Shown here: one piece after another, positions 22,101 to 31,119 of the stretch
Layout: each line of letters starts with the position of its first letter
Numbering within the stretch: position 1 is the stretch's first letter
Assembly: GCA_052390235.1 (NCBI GenBank)
Contig: JBQTHB010000005.1
Coordinates: 224,001 to 288,000 of the forward strand
Reading direction: 5' to 3'
DNA: 64,000 nucleotides
Origin: Deltaproteobacteria bacterium
Lineage (GTDB): Bacteria > Desulfobacterota_D > UBA1144 > Nemesobacterales > CSP1-2
Made by a program: the position numbers and the translations under genes
The notes under the pieces: generated by a model
The model's input: the letters and a program-made list of their open reading frames with translations, nothing else
What the model was told of the DNA's origin: nothing
The model's database searches: none

Positions 22101-23624
22101 ATGTACGGAAAATTCGTCGGACTGGACATCGGAAGCGATAGTATAAAAATAGCGCTCGTCAAAAAGGGTTTACGCCGGATTGAACTCCTCGAGACGAAGC
22201 GGATTAAGACCCCTTCCTCTTCCTCCCAGCAGGCGGTATCAGAGGCTCTGGCCGAGATTTTCAGCCGTCCCCCATTTGCCCAGTGCGATGTGGCGGCGGC
22301 AATTTCCGCAGATCCGGTTTCGGTAAGGGTGCTTAATTTCCCATTTTCCGACCCTAAGAAAATTGACGAGGTCTATCCCTTTGAACTGGAAAACGTCTCG
22401 ACCTTTGACCCCTCGGAAAAGCTCCACGGCTATCATCTCGTGAGGCGGGACAACGAGGCAGAGGCGCTGGTGTGTATGTTCGATAAAGCCGATATGACGG
22501 CTCGCCTCGGTTTACTTGCGGCGGCGCAGATTGACCCCAAGGCAGTTACTTTTGAACCCATCGCTTTTAGCTCGCTCGATTGGCATATTGTGGGGGATAG
22601 ACCGGTTCTGTTGATTGACATGGGAGATTTGCGGACTTACTTTTCGCTGTTTGATGCAGAGGGCTTAAGACGCGTGAGGTCTTCGTCCAAAGCCGGAAGA
22701 ACTGTCGGCGAGAGTCTATCTAAAACCCTGGGGATTTCCCTCGACGAGGCCGAGACGATAAAACATAGCGGACTGCTCGGGCCGCGGAAAGCCGCGGTGC
22801 AAGAGGCGCTCTCGCCATTGATTTCGGAGATAAAAAAGACGGCGCAGTTCTTTGAATTAGAGATGAAGGCTGAGATTAAAACCCTCGTCCTATGCGGGGG
22901 GCTCTCGCTCATGCCCGGGATTGCAGACTACATAGCCGCTGAGCTGAAACGAGGGACATCAGTCCTATCCATTGCCGATTTGGGGCAAAATGCCTCTCCG
23001 GCGTTTGCAAAATCCTTTGCCCTCGCCCTTTACGGTAGCAATATTAGCAGAGGGAGTCTTAATTTAAGGAAAGGCGAATTTAAATACTCTCCCAAGGGCG
23101 GAGAACTGAGAAAGACCTTCATGCTCCCGGCGGCGCTGGCGGCGGTTCTCGTGGCGATAACCCTCTACGGCTCGGTTTCTAGGTATTTTGATATGAAGCG
23201 GGAGGTTCGCGCAGTGGAGTCTCGGATAGCGAGCGGGGTGAAGGAGACGTTTCCGACCGTTGCCGTGATACCAAAGCCCGTTGCTTTTATGGAGAATGAG
23301 CTAAAAAAGGTTAAAGACAGGCTTGCCCTTTTCAACGGGCTCGTGGGCGGGGCTACGCCGCTCGACGTTCTGCGGGATATATCTGGGAGCATTCCCGAAC
23401 AGGTACAACTCGGTGTGGATGAGATAAGCTTTGTAGATGATAGGACGGTCAAGGTTTTGGGCAAATGCAGCTCTTCGGAAGAGGTCGCGAGAATTGAAAA
23501 ATTCCTCTCCGACTCCGGCAAATTTGATAAGGTGATTAGAGACTCTACCGAAACGGCGATTAATAACACGATTAGGTTTAGAATTTCTCTCGCGCTTAAG
23601 AATCCCAATGGACAAACTTATTGA
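22101..23624 (+). CDS. gspL: Type II secretion GspL-like protein (PilM-like actin fold + TM + PilN-like periplasmic domain)
   Basis: GLDIGSDSIK, LIDMG and LCGG; one TM near aa 345; followed by M- and N-like genes. Confidence 0.75.
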   Translation: MYGKFVGLDIGSDSIKIALVKKGLRRIELLETKRIKTPSSSSQQAVSEALAEIFSRPPFAQCDVAAAISADPVSVRVLNFPFSDPKKIDEVYPFELENVSTFDPSEKLHGYHLVRRDNEAEALVCMFDKADMTARLGLLAAAQIDPKAVTFEPIAFSSLDWHIVGDRPVLLIDMGDLRTYFSLFDAEGLRRVRSSSKAGRTVGESLSKTLGISLDEAETIKHSGLLGPRKAAVQEALSPLISEIKKTAQFFELEMKAEIKTLVLCGGLSLMPGIADYIAAELKRGTSVLSIADLGQNASPAFAKSFALALYGSNISRGSLNLRKGEFKYSPKGGELRKTFMLPAALAAVLVAITLYGSVSRYFDMKREVRAVESRIASGVKETFPTVAVIPKPVAFMENELKKVKDRLALFNGLVGGATPLDVLRDISGSIPEQVQLGVDEISFVDDRTVKVLGKCSSSEEVARIEKFLSDSGKFDKVIRDSTETAINNTIRFRISLALKNPNGQTY

Positions 23625-24192
23625 ACAGCTCAAAGCCCTACTGAACCGATACCGCATTCCATCTGAGGGGCTGGCGGTTTCTGAGAGGGATAAAAAGACT
23701 CTCGTCCTAGGACTGGCGGCGGGGGGAGCGATAGTTCTGTACATAGTGTTTCAGATTTTCTCCTCAGGCGCGGCGAAGCTAGAGAAACAAGCCGAGGTTC
23801 TCGCGCAAGACCTCAGCAAAATTGACGCACTGCGCTCGGACTACTCCAATTCAACGCGGAAAATCGAGGACCTAACCAAAAAAATAACCACGGCGAATGA
23901 AGACCTCGTCTCATTGGCTGAAAAATCCCTTATAGAGTCTCAAATCGAGCGGGGGAGTTTCTCCATCAACTCGCGCACGCCGGTTTCCGCTGACCTGTAC
24001 GATGAAAAGATAGTGGACGTGGAAATCCGCAGAGTTTCTCTCGATAGAGCCGTCGGGGTGCTATATAAAATACAGTCCAAGCCCACGTTTCTTAAACTAT
24101 CGAAGTTCAGTATAAGAACACGCTTTGACAACCCCAACTTGGTGGATGTGTCTTTTCGCATATCCGCCTTTGAATTCAAGCAAGGGGTTTAG
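23608..24192 (+). CDS. gspM: Type II secretion GspM-like protein
   Basis: ERDKK + TM + coiled coil + ferredoxin-like C-terminus; overlaps the gspL stop. Confidence 0.65.
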   Translation: MDKLIEQLKALLNRYRIPSEGLAVSERDKKTLVLGLAAGGAIVLYIVFQIFSSGAAKLEKQAEVLAQDLSKIDALRSDYSNSTRKIEDLTKKITTANEDLVSLAEKSLIESQIERGSFSINSRTPVSADLYDEKIVDVEIRRVSLDRAVGVLYKIQSKPTFLKLSKFSIRTRFDNPNLVDVSFRISAFEFKQGV

Positions 24193-24203
24193 AGCTACGG
24201 ACG

Positions 24204-25112
24204 ATGCTGAGAAATAAAATAAATCAATTTATGGAATGGAAGGGTTTTCCAAGATTTTGCTACGCGCTGTGTTTCTTGGCTGTTTTTATTATATCCTTCT
24301 ATGCGGCGTTTCCCACGGATGCGCTCAAACACAGGATAGTCCGCGAGATTGAGTTAATATCTGGCGCGAGAGCCGAGATAAAATCCCTCACCCTCTATCC
24401 CTTCTTCAGTATCGGCATCGAGGAACTGAATATCTACAAAACCGACACTCCTGTAACGGTTGAGCAGTTGAACCTAAGCCCCTCGCTCGCCCGCCTCATA
24501 TTCTCGGACAGCGTGGTAATTCCATTCTCGGCAAGGCTCCTTGGGGGCGAGGCTGAAGGAGAGGTTTCCTATAACCTCCGCACCGGGCGCGTCGAGAAAG
24601 CCGCCTCAACCCTCCGCTCGGTGAACATTGACGCCGTGCCATCCCTGATTTCCGGCTCCGGCGCGGACAACCCTCAAATCACAGGGGCCCTTAGCGGCAG
24701 TTTTTCAATAACCCTCGGCTCAAATCCAGCGGGAGCATTTAATTTCACGGCGCAAAATCTCGGAGTTTCAAATCTCAAGGTAAATCAATTTCCGCTTCCA
24801 GATTTTACAAATCTCAAATCAAACTTCAGCGGCGCTATCGAAAATAACCTCACTAAAATAGAAAAGCTCGAATTCCTCGGCGAGGATTTAGACCTCCTTC
24901 TCTCAGGCGCCGCCCCCGTGCCGTGGCAAATCCGAAAGGGCGCAGTTCTCGACCTTGGTCTTCGTCTCTGGGTCAAGGGAAAAAAGCTCGCCATCATTAA
25001 GACGTTTTTAGCCTCTCATCTGTCCTCTCAGGGCGATGGAAGTCTCGAGGGGAAAATCGCAGGCACTGTAGGAGCGCCGAAGGTTCTAAAACACAGCTCA
25101 CCCGATATTTAA
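24204..25112 (+). CDS. gspN: Type II secretion GspN-like protein
   Basis: N-terminal TM followed by FP, beta-rich body, C-terminal GTVGAP; position after gspLM. Confidence 0.7.
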   Translation: MLRNKINQFMEWKGFPRFCYALCFLAVFIISFYAAFPTDALKHRIVREIELISGARAEIKSLTLYPFFSIGIEELNIYKTDTPVTVEQLNLSPSLARLIFSDSVVIPFSARLLGGEAEGEVSYNLRTGRVEKAASTLRSVNIDAVPSLISGSGADNPQITGALSGSFSITLGSNPAGAFNFTAQNLGVSNLKVNQFPLPDFTNLKSNFSGAIENNLTKIEKLEFLGEDLDLLLSGAAPVPWQIRKGAVLDLGLRLWVKGKKLAIIKTFLASHLSSQGDGSLEGKIAGTVGAPKVLKHSSPDI

Positions 25113-25169
25113 GCGCCGCCTTCATCCGCCTTCGAGGGGAAATTTCTTTCCAAGAAGGGACTCTAGCGC

Positions 25170-25694
25170 ATGAAACGAAATCAAATTCTGAGCGTATTCT
25201 CTGCCCTTCTGCTCTGCTCTGTTATGCTTTTCACCGGGCTTTGGGCTGAGGACGGGGGCGATAATCCCTCCGAGGAGCAGATGTATATCCAAGGCATTGG
25301 ATTCGACGCCGAATCCCGCACCCCTGTGGTATTTCTCACCGATAAGGAGCGCAAAAAAGCCCTGCCTATATGGATAGGCATCTGCGAGGCGCGCTCGATA
25401 GGGCTTTCGCTCTCGAACGAGGTAGCTCCAAGACCCCTCGCATACGACATGGTTGCCGCGATGGTAAGGGCGATGAAAGGGAAAGTGGAGCGCGTAGTGA
25501 TTGTTGACCTCCGAGATAAGGTCTTTTACGCTCAGATTGAGATTTCAGCGGGCGGGGCGGTATCGAAAATTGACGCTCGCCCAAGCGACGCCATAGCTCT
25601 TGCGGCTCGGATGCGCTCCCCTATATATGTGAATAAATCCGTGCTTGAGAGAGCCTCAATACAGTCCGAAAAGGCTGAAAAAAGAGGGATATAG
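25170..25694 (+). CDS. Bifunctional nuclease (DUF151/BFN) family protein with possible signal peptide
   Basis: LPIWIG..EA, PRPL..D, FYAQI and DARPSDAIALA motifs. Confidence 0.9.
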   Translation: MKRNQILSVFSALLLCSVMLFTGLWAEDGGDNPSEEQMYIQGIGFDAESRTPVVFLTDKERKKALPIWIGICEARSIGLSLSNEVAPRPLAYDMVAAMVRAMKGKVERVVIVDLRDKVFYAQIEISAGGAVSKIDARPSDAIALAARMRSPIYVNKSVLERASIQSEKAEKRGI

Positions 25695-25746
25695 CCTCGC
25701 CCGTAAGGCCCGCGGCTTGCCGCTCTCGGCTGGGGGCTTTTATGAT

Positions 25747-25775
25747 TTGACATCCTTTTTTCATATTGCTATGAT
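25747..25775 (+). promoter_or_regulatory. Putative sigma70 promoter of pheA
   Basis: TTGACA, 17 nt, TATGAT with an extended TG. Confidence 0.7.
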
Positions 25776-25807
25776 TCTAGCTCGAAATCCCGTTTTCAAT
25801 AATAAAT

Positions 25808-26890
25808 ATGTCCTCTTCAAAGAACTTATCCGACCTCAGAAGCAAGATAGACGCCCTCGACGGAAAGCTCCTCGAACTCCTCAATGAGCGCGGCGGGGTT
25901 GCAATTGAAATAAGAGAGCTTAAGCAGGAGCGCTCCTTCGGCGTCTATGACCCGGCGCGGGAGAGGGAGATTGAGAATAATCTGAGAAATATTAATCCGG
26001 GCCCCCTCCCTTCGGACTCCGTTGTCGCCATATTTCGTGAAATCATCTCCGGGTGCCGCGCGCTTCAGCACAATATCAAGGTCGCTTATTTGGGCCCTGA
26101 GGGGAGTTTTTCGCATCAGGCGGCGTTTCACGAGTTCGGAAGCTCGGCTGAGTTTCTGCCGGTAGGGAATTTCGAGGATGTGTTTGACTCTGTTGAAAAG
26201 GGGGTTTCATCCTACGGTATAGTGCCTGTGGAAAACTCCACGGACGGCTCGATAGGCGGGGTGCTAGATGTGTTTTTGCGCTCCTCGCTTAGGGTTTCAT
26301 CCGAGTATTTTCAGCGTATCAGCCATTTTCTGCTCTCGAAGAGTGGCAATGTTAGAGACATTGAGGTTGTCTCGTCAATTCCTCCGGCGCTGGGGCAGTG
26401 TAAACAATGGCTCTCAAGGCACATGAAGCACGCCGAAATCCGCGAGGTTGCAAGCACGGCGAGGGCGGCGCAGATTGCCGCCGGAGATAAGAGCGTCGCC
26501 GCAGTTGCCGGGGAAATTGCCGCCTCGGTCTATAATTTAAAGGTCGTGGCAAGCCGCATCGAAGACAGCCCTAATAACTCCACCCGTTTTTGGATTATCG
26601 CCCGAAACAGCCCGCGCCCAACGGGATTCGATAAGACCTCGGTTGTGTTTTCGCTCAAGCACGAACCAGGGGCGCTGCAAAAAGCCCTTCAGCCGTTCTC
26701 CGAGGCGGGAATTAATTTGACGAAGATAGAATCTCGCCCATCGAAAGAGCGCCATTGGGAATACGTTTTCTTCGCCGATTTCGACGGGCATTCGGAAGAT
26801 GCTCAGGTTCAAAGCGTCCTTCGCCAAGCCGAGCGCAGCTGCGCTATGCTAAAAATCCTAGGCTCGTATCCAAAGGGCAAAACGGGATAG
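25808..26890 (+). CDS. pheA: Chorismate mutase/prephenate dehydratase
   Basis: LRSKIDALD, YLGPEGSFS, PVENS, TRF and ACT-domain NLTKIESRP. Confidence 0.96.
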   Translation: MSSSKNLSDLRSKIDALDGKLLELLNERGGVAIEIRELKQERSFGVYDPAREREIENNLRNINPGPLPSDSVVAIFREIISGCRALQHNIKVAYLGPEGSFSHQAAFHEFGSSAEFLPVGNFEDVFDSVEKGVSSYGIVPVENSTDGSIGGVLDVFLRSSLRVSSEYFQRISHFLLSKSGNVRDIEVVSSIPPALGQCKQWLSRHMKHAEIREVASTARAAQIAAGDKSVAAVAGEIAASVYNLKVVASRIEDSPNNSTRFWIIARNSPRPTGFDKTSVVFSLKHEPGALQKALQPFSEAGINLTKIESRPSKERHWEYVFFADFDGHSEDAQVQSVLRQAERSCAMLKILGSYPKGKTG

Positions 26891-26895
26891 TTTCA

Positions 26896-27234
26896 TCAAA
26901 TTCCCAAATCCAATACAGCTCTTATCGCCCAGTCCAGTTTTTCTTCGGCTTCGGCAGGTTCGATATGCAGACTGCCGATTTTAGAATTCCCATCTCCTAG
27001 GACGTAGATTCCGCCCGCCCGCGCCGACACATAGACGTGCTGAACGAGCCTGTTTTCGATGTCCATCACCGAGAGAGATACAACCTCCGACGCGCGCTCC
27101 GAACCCTCTGCGCCCAGAGGTTTAAGATTCCCAACCGCGCAGCGCCACCCAATCTCATCTAATATACGGGCTATACTTTGTATCGCCGGAAGGATCAGCC
27201 CCTCCCGAAGCCGTTTGAGTTCCTCGCCGTTCAT
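26896..27234 (-). CDS. Hypothetical protein
   Basis: GGGGAG SD; fills the intergenic space; no family recognised. Confidence 0.55.
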   Translation of the reverse strand: MNGEELKRLREGLILPAIQSIARILDEIGWRCAVGNLKPLGAEGSERASEVVSLSVMDIENRLVQHVYVSARAGGIYVLGDGNSKIGSLHIEPAEAEEKLDWAIRAVLDLGI

Positions 27235-27432
27235 TTATATTCTCCCCTTTGTCTGGGCGCGCCGAGATGAGAATTGCGATGAATTGCTCGTCCGCCCCAA
27301 ATATGTGCTATCGCGCCCTGACTCATAACCGCCGAATTATACACGAATCGAATATCTGGGGGGAGCGGGAGTTTGTTAGTGCCAGAAAATGTAGTACAAT
27401 TAAAAAATCTAACCTGTGAAGGAGGCGGATTC

Positions 27433-27825
27433 ATGACGAAATTGACCGCGTTAGCCCTCTTTATTGCCCTTTGTCTAATAAGCGGTTTCGGACTCGCGAG
27501 CGCCGAGGAATCATCATTATCTGCGGCGAACGCCTCCGGCAGATTGGATACTCATCCCCTCAGGAGCGTCTGCGCTTATATCTGGAACGCCGAGTACAAA
27601 AAGGACAAGGTAGAAATTGCCGTCTCCACTAGAGGGGATTCGGGCGAGACGGTTGTTTTCACCTGCCCTGAGTGCAGTCTCGAGGAGCATTTCGTAAATC
27701 CCTTCTTGGATAACGAGTACAGGGGCAAGACCGGCATTGAGAGAGTCCGGGAGTGTGGTTTTGCCCAGGCCGTGTTCAAGGGCGGCAGGGGAATTGTGGA
27801 ATTGGTCAGAGCAGTGGGGCGGTAA
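27433..27825 (+). CDS. Secreted hypothetical protein with cysteines (CPEC)
   Basis: GGAGG SD before ATG 27433; signal peptide ending ASA. Confidence 0.65.
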   Translation: MTKLTALALFIALCLISGFGLASAEESSLSAANASGRLDTHPLRSVCAYIWNAEYKKDKVEIAVSTRGDSGETVVFTCPECSLEEHFVNPFLDNEYRGKTGIERVRECGFAQAVFKGGRGIVELVRAVGR

Positions 27826-27851
27826 ATCTAAAACTCTGGAGTCATAGCGTT

Positions 27852-28064
27852 ATGGGAACGTTTCCCTTTGGATGGATTCGTGGATTAGACGGCGATAATT
27901 GGCAGATTCTCTGGAGCGCGGAGGAACAGCTCCTCTACGCTAAGGGAGTGCAGTCGAATAGGATTCTCAATATACACGCCACATCAACGTGGGAAGAGGC
28001 AAAGGCTCTGGCCGATAAGGTTCAGTCATCGCCCGATTCATTCGTTAAAATTGAGAACGGGTAG
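27852..28064 (+). CDS. Small hypothetical protein (70 aa, MGTFPFGWIRG...)
   Basis: GGAG SD, ATG at 27852 in frame with ORF 27753-28064; operon-like spacing. Confidence 0.6.
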   Translation: MGTFPFGWIRGLDGDNWQILWSAEEQLLYAKGVQSNRILNIHATSTWEEAKALADKVQSSPDSFVKIENG

Positions 28065-28088
28065 TCGCGCGCAGAGGGTAGGTTTACA

Positions 28089-28574
28089 ATGCAATTTGCC
28101 GTTAAATTTCTGCACCTCGCCTCAATCACCTTCTGGATAGGGTCTATTTTCTTCTTCTCGTTCTTCGCCGCGCCGAGTATTTTCAGCGTCCTGCCCAGAG
28201 AGGCGGCTGGGGATGTGGTAGCGGCGATTTTCCCCAAGTACTATCTCGTGGGGTATGTCTGCGGCGGGGTTGCCATAATATCTCTTTTGCTCATGATAAT
28301 GTCTGGCGTATCCCCCCAGAAAATGCTCAATTGGGCGCGTGTAGGGATAATTGCGCTGATGCTTGGGATTTCCCTTTATGCCGGAAGCGTCGTGAGACCC
28401 GCCGCCGCAGAGATTAAATCCCAGATGCGCGCTCTTCCCGCCGAATCCGCGAATCGGGCGGAGCTAGAGGCGAGATTCTCCGCTCTTCACAGGAGTTCCC
28501 TCATTTTAAACGGCATTGTTTTTTTATCGGGAATTGTTATTATATGTGTAACTGCCTATAATTATAGGGAGTAA
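28089..28574 (+). CDS. DUF4149/TMEM205-like membrane protein
   Basis: HL..WIG, AAPSIF..L...AG, IFPKY and F..LH..S. Confidence 0.85.
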   Translation: MQFAVKFLHLASITFWIGSIFFFSFFAAPSIFSVLPREAAGDVVAAIFPKYYLVGYVCGGVAIISLLLMIMSGVSPQKMLNWARVGIIALMLGISLYAGSVVRPAAAEIKSQMRALPAESANRAELEARFSALHRSSLILNGIVFLSGIVIICVTAYNYRE

Positions 28575-28601
28575 ATCAGGAATAAACGAGGGAGGTCATC
28601 C

Positions 28602-28925
28602 ATGTTTGAAGTAACCGATAAAGCGGCAAATGAGATTAAGAGACTGCTTTCCACCGAAGAGATTCCAAACGCAGTCCTCAGGGTGCGTGTAATTCCGGGG
28701 GGATGCTCGGGGTTTTCCTATGAAATGGGTTTCGACGACATTACGGACGAGACGGATCAGGTTTTTGAATCCGACGGCGTAAAAGTCGCAATAGACGAAA
28801 TGAGCTATGCCTACCTTCAGGGAACGACTCTCGACTACGCCGACGGGCTTAACGGCACGGGGTTTACTCTAAAGAACCCGAATGCTAAGGGAAGCTGCGG
28901 ATGCGGGTCTTCCTTCACCGTATAA
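28602..28925 (+). CDS. A-type Fe-S cluster carrier (IscA/ErpA/HesB family)
   Basis: GGCSGFSY and NPNAKGSCGCGSSF. Confidence 0.95.
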   Translation: MFEVTDKAANEIKRLLSTEEIPNAVLRVRVIPGGCSGFSYEMGFDDITDETDQVFESDGVKVAIDEMSYAYLQGTTLDYADGLNGTGFTLKNPNAKGSCGCGSSFTV

Positions 28926-28954
28926 TAACTGAAATCACGCTGTAAAAACTAAGC

Positions 28955-29006
28955 AGGGGCTGATTTATATGGGGTTCGTTGCGCTCCCGTAAGTCAGTCC
29001 CATTTT
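28955..29006 (+). terminator. Probable hairpin terminator after the IscA-family gene
   Basis: GGGGCTGATTTAT...GTAAGTCAGTCCC imperfect stem followed by ATTTTT. Confidence 0.5.
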
Positions 29007-29082
29007 TATATATTGCCTCAAGGTCGAATGCACTGCCGGGGGCATCTGGGGTTTTTGATGCTGGGTTCACGCTAATCTAAAT

Positions 29083-29115
29083 AAAAAAGGGGCTCGGTTT
29101 TTACGCAAGCCCCTT
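29083..29115 (-). terminator. Intrinsic terminator closing the pilMNOPQ-lipoprotein unit
   Basis: AAGGGGCT/AGCCCCTT stem followed by a U-tract on the minus strand. Confidence 0.75.
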
Positions 29116-29143
29116 CCATAAATCTCAATTTCAATAATCGAAA

Positions 29144-30523
29144 CTACATACAAACCCCAGCCATGCAGGTTCCGCCAATGCCGTTGCAGATGGTTCCGTT
29201 AGGGCAGTTGTTGTCGGCGCAGTCCACAAGTCCGTCTCCGTCATTGTCAAAGCCGTCTCCGCAGCCCATTCCGCCCGCGCCTTCGATTGGCTGGCACGGG
29301 GCAGCAGCGGCGCAAAGCGAATCGGCGCAGTCCGTATCGCCATCGCCGTCATTGTCAATACCATCGGCGCAATCAGCTCCGGCTTCTCCGCATATCGGGC
29401 TTCTATCTTGGCTACATTCTGGTAAATCGTCGCAGTCCGTAAATCCGTCTCCATCGTTGTCGCGCCCGTCATCGCAGGTTACCTCTGGAAATTCACACGG
29501 CGCAATTGCGGCGCAGCCCGGGTCGGCGCAATCCGCGAGTCCGTCTCCGTCATCGTCCACTCCGTTTGTGCATTGCATTGGCCCTGTCTCGCAGGAAGGG
29601 TCTAAATCGCAATCCGGCGAGTCGTCGCAGTCAATGTCTCCATCGTCGTCATCGTCCACTCCGTTGCCGCACGCCTCCGGCAGAGCAGGCATCGGGGCAT
29701 CCACCCCCTGCACAATGGTAACGCACTCTAAAATGGTTTGATTCGCGATGTCTGGGCAGGGGGGAACAAAGGCGTCCGGGTAATTTATTGGCACGGAGGC
29801 GCAGATTTCCTGAGTTCCGCCGACTCCGGGAAACGCGTTATACTGAACCGTTATCGCGCCGTTAAGCTCCGAGCCGCTGATGGTTGAATTTGGGATGGTT
29901 AGTCCGCCCAAATCCGGTCTCGTGAGGGAGAAAAATACAATAGTGTTTGCGGGGATTCCCACGGACTGAAAGCTCAAGGGGACGAAAATGCTCAGGGGCG
30001 AGTCCGCCTCAAAGGGAACGGTTATGTTTTGCGCCGCAGGGGGGATAATTCCCACGGCTTGGAGAATCAGGGTTATAAAATCTGATTCAGTGTCGCTTGA
30101 ATTTGGCCTCGAAACCGTAACTGCTAGGTTGACGGTCTCTTGGATGGCGTTGCCTGAGGCGATGACGGCTCCGGGCTGAATGTTAATTCCGGCAAGGTAT
30201 GTGCCGGATGCCTGCCCGTTTTGTATTATTGAATCTCCGCCGACAACGCACCCTCTAAATGCTGAAGCGAGGCTCGTCGCGGTTAATCTAAAGCTCAGAC
30301 CTGAGCCGTCTGGGAAAGCCTCAACATTCACTCCGGCTTCAACCAATTGCCTGCCGTTTCCAAAAATCAGCCCTGAGGTTGGGTTGATGACTACTATCCC
30401 CGTGCCGAAAGGGTCATCCGTTGACTGGCTACTGACTCCGTCAACACAGGACGCCCCGGCAACAACGAGCATCAACAATGCGGCTATCGTCTGAAGCCGC
30501 CCAAGATTTATTAGTTCTCTCAA
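29144..30523 (-). CDS. Lipoprotein with beta-rich N-terminal half and five Cys/Asp-rich C-x-[DN]G-x-D[DN]D[GD]DG-x2-DC-x-D repeats
   Basis: TTG start at 30523 after GGAGG; lipobox-like AGASC; repeats visible in the translation. Confidence 0.75.
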   Translation of the reverse strand: MRELINLGRLQTIAALLMLVVAGASCVDGVSSQSTDDPFGTGIVVINPTSGLIFGNGRQLVEAGVNVEAFPDGSGLSFRLTATSLASAFRGCVVGGDSIIQNGQASGTYLAGINIQPGAVIASGNAIQETVNLAVTVSRPNSSDTESDFITLILQAVGIIPPAAQNITVPFEADSPLSIFVPLSFQSVGIPANTIVFFSLTRPDLGGLTIPNSTISGSELNGAITVQYNAFPGVGGTQEICASVPINYPDAFVPPCPDIANQTILECVTIVQGVDAPMPALPEACGNGVDDDDDGDIDCDDSPDCDLDPSCETGPMQCTNGVDDDGDGLADCADPGCAAIAPCEFPEVTCDDGRDNDGDGFTDCDDLPECSQDRSPICGEAGADCADGIDNDGDGDTDCADSLCAAAAPCQPIEGAGGMGCGDGFDNDGDGLVDCADNNCPNGTICNGIGGTCMAGVCM

Positions 30524-30539
30524 GTCCGCATCCTCCATT

Positions 30540-31097
30540 TTATCTATCGTTAACGTTAAAATTGAGCGTGGCGACCGCTCCATTTTCAGCCGACGCCTCG
30601 ATGCTGGCAGGCAGTACAACCGATTCGCCGTTGATGAGAATTATCACGTCGGAAACTCCGCGGTTGTCGGTTATAGCTAGAAAAGGCGACTCCACAAATG
30701 CAAATGGGTTTATGGCAAATATCTGCGGTATTGTGAAATTGTCGCACGGGACGTCTCCGCAGGCGTCCGGGTCAATTAGCTGCAGCGCGGGGGCATCTCC
30801 ATCGCCATCTCCGTCGGTGTCAATTACGAGGTCGAGGGGCCCGGCAAAAGAGATCCTCCAGACGACTCTCACGTCGTTGAGCGGGTCTCCATCGGGGTCT
30901 CGCACCAGCGCCTGAACGCGTATTGAGGTGATTGCCTCAGTCGGGATAGTAACGTCTCCCGGGGGGTTTACTATCGTTATTGTAGAGCCGTCGGGAGCGA
31001 AAGGAGGGTTAGCGCCGCCGCAGCTTAGCCCGATAATTCCCAAAATGAGTACCAAAAACGCGCTATAAGCGCCCTTGATGGGCCTATTCATCTTCAT
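30540..31097 (-). CDS. Lipoprotein with Ig-like (Big_1-like) domain and DTDGDGDGD loop
   Basis: GGAGG SD; lipobox GLSC; VRDPDGDPLNDVRV...ITDNRGVS pattern. Confidence 0.7.
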   Translation of the reverse strand: MKMNRPIKGAYSAFLVLILGIIGLSCGGANPPFAPDGSTITIVNPPGDVTIPTEAITSIRVQALVRDPDGDPLNDVRVVWRISFAGPLDLVIDTDGDGDGDAPALQLIDPDACGDVPCDNFTIPQIFAINPFAFVESPFLAITDNRGVSDVIILINGESVVLPASIEASAENGAVATLNFNVNDR

Positions 31098-31119
31098 ATT
31101 CCTCCTCTCTTGCTGGCTG

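Noticed and set aside
29150..29680. Repeated CCGTCTCCGTC/GCGCAGTCC motifs as a CRISPR-like array
   Set aside because: They are degenerate and in frame, encoding the Cys/Asp protein repeats.
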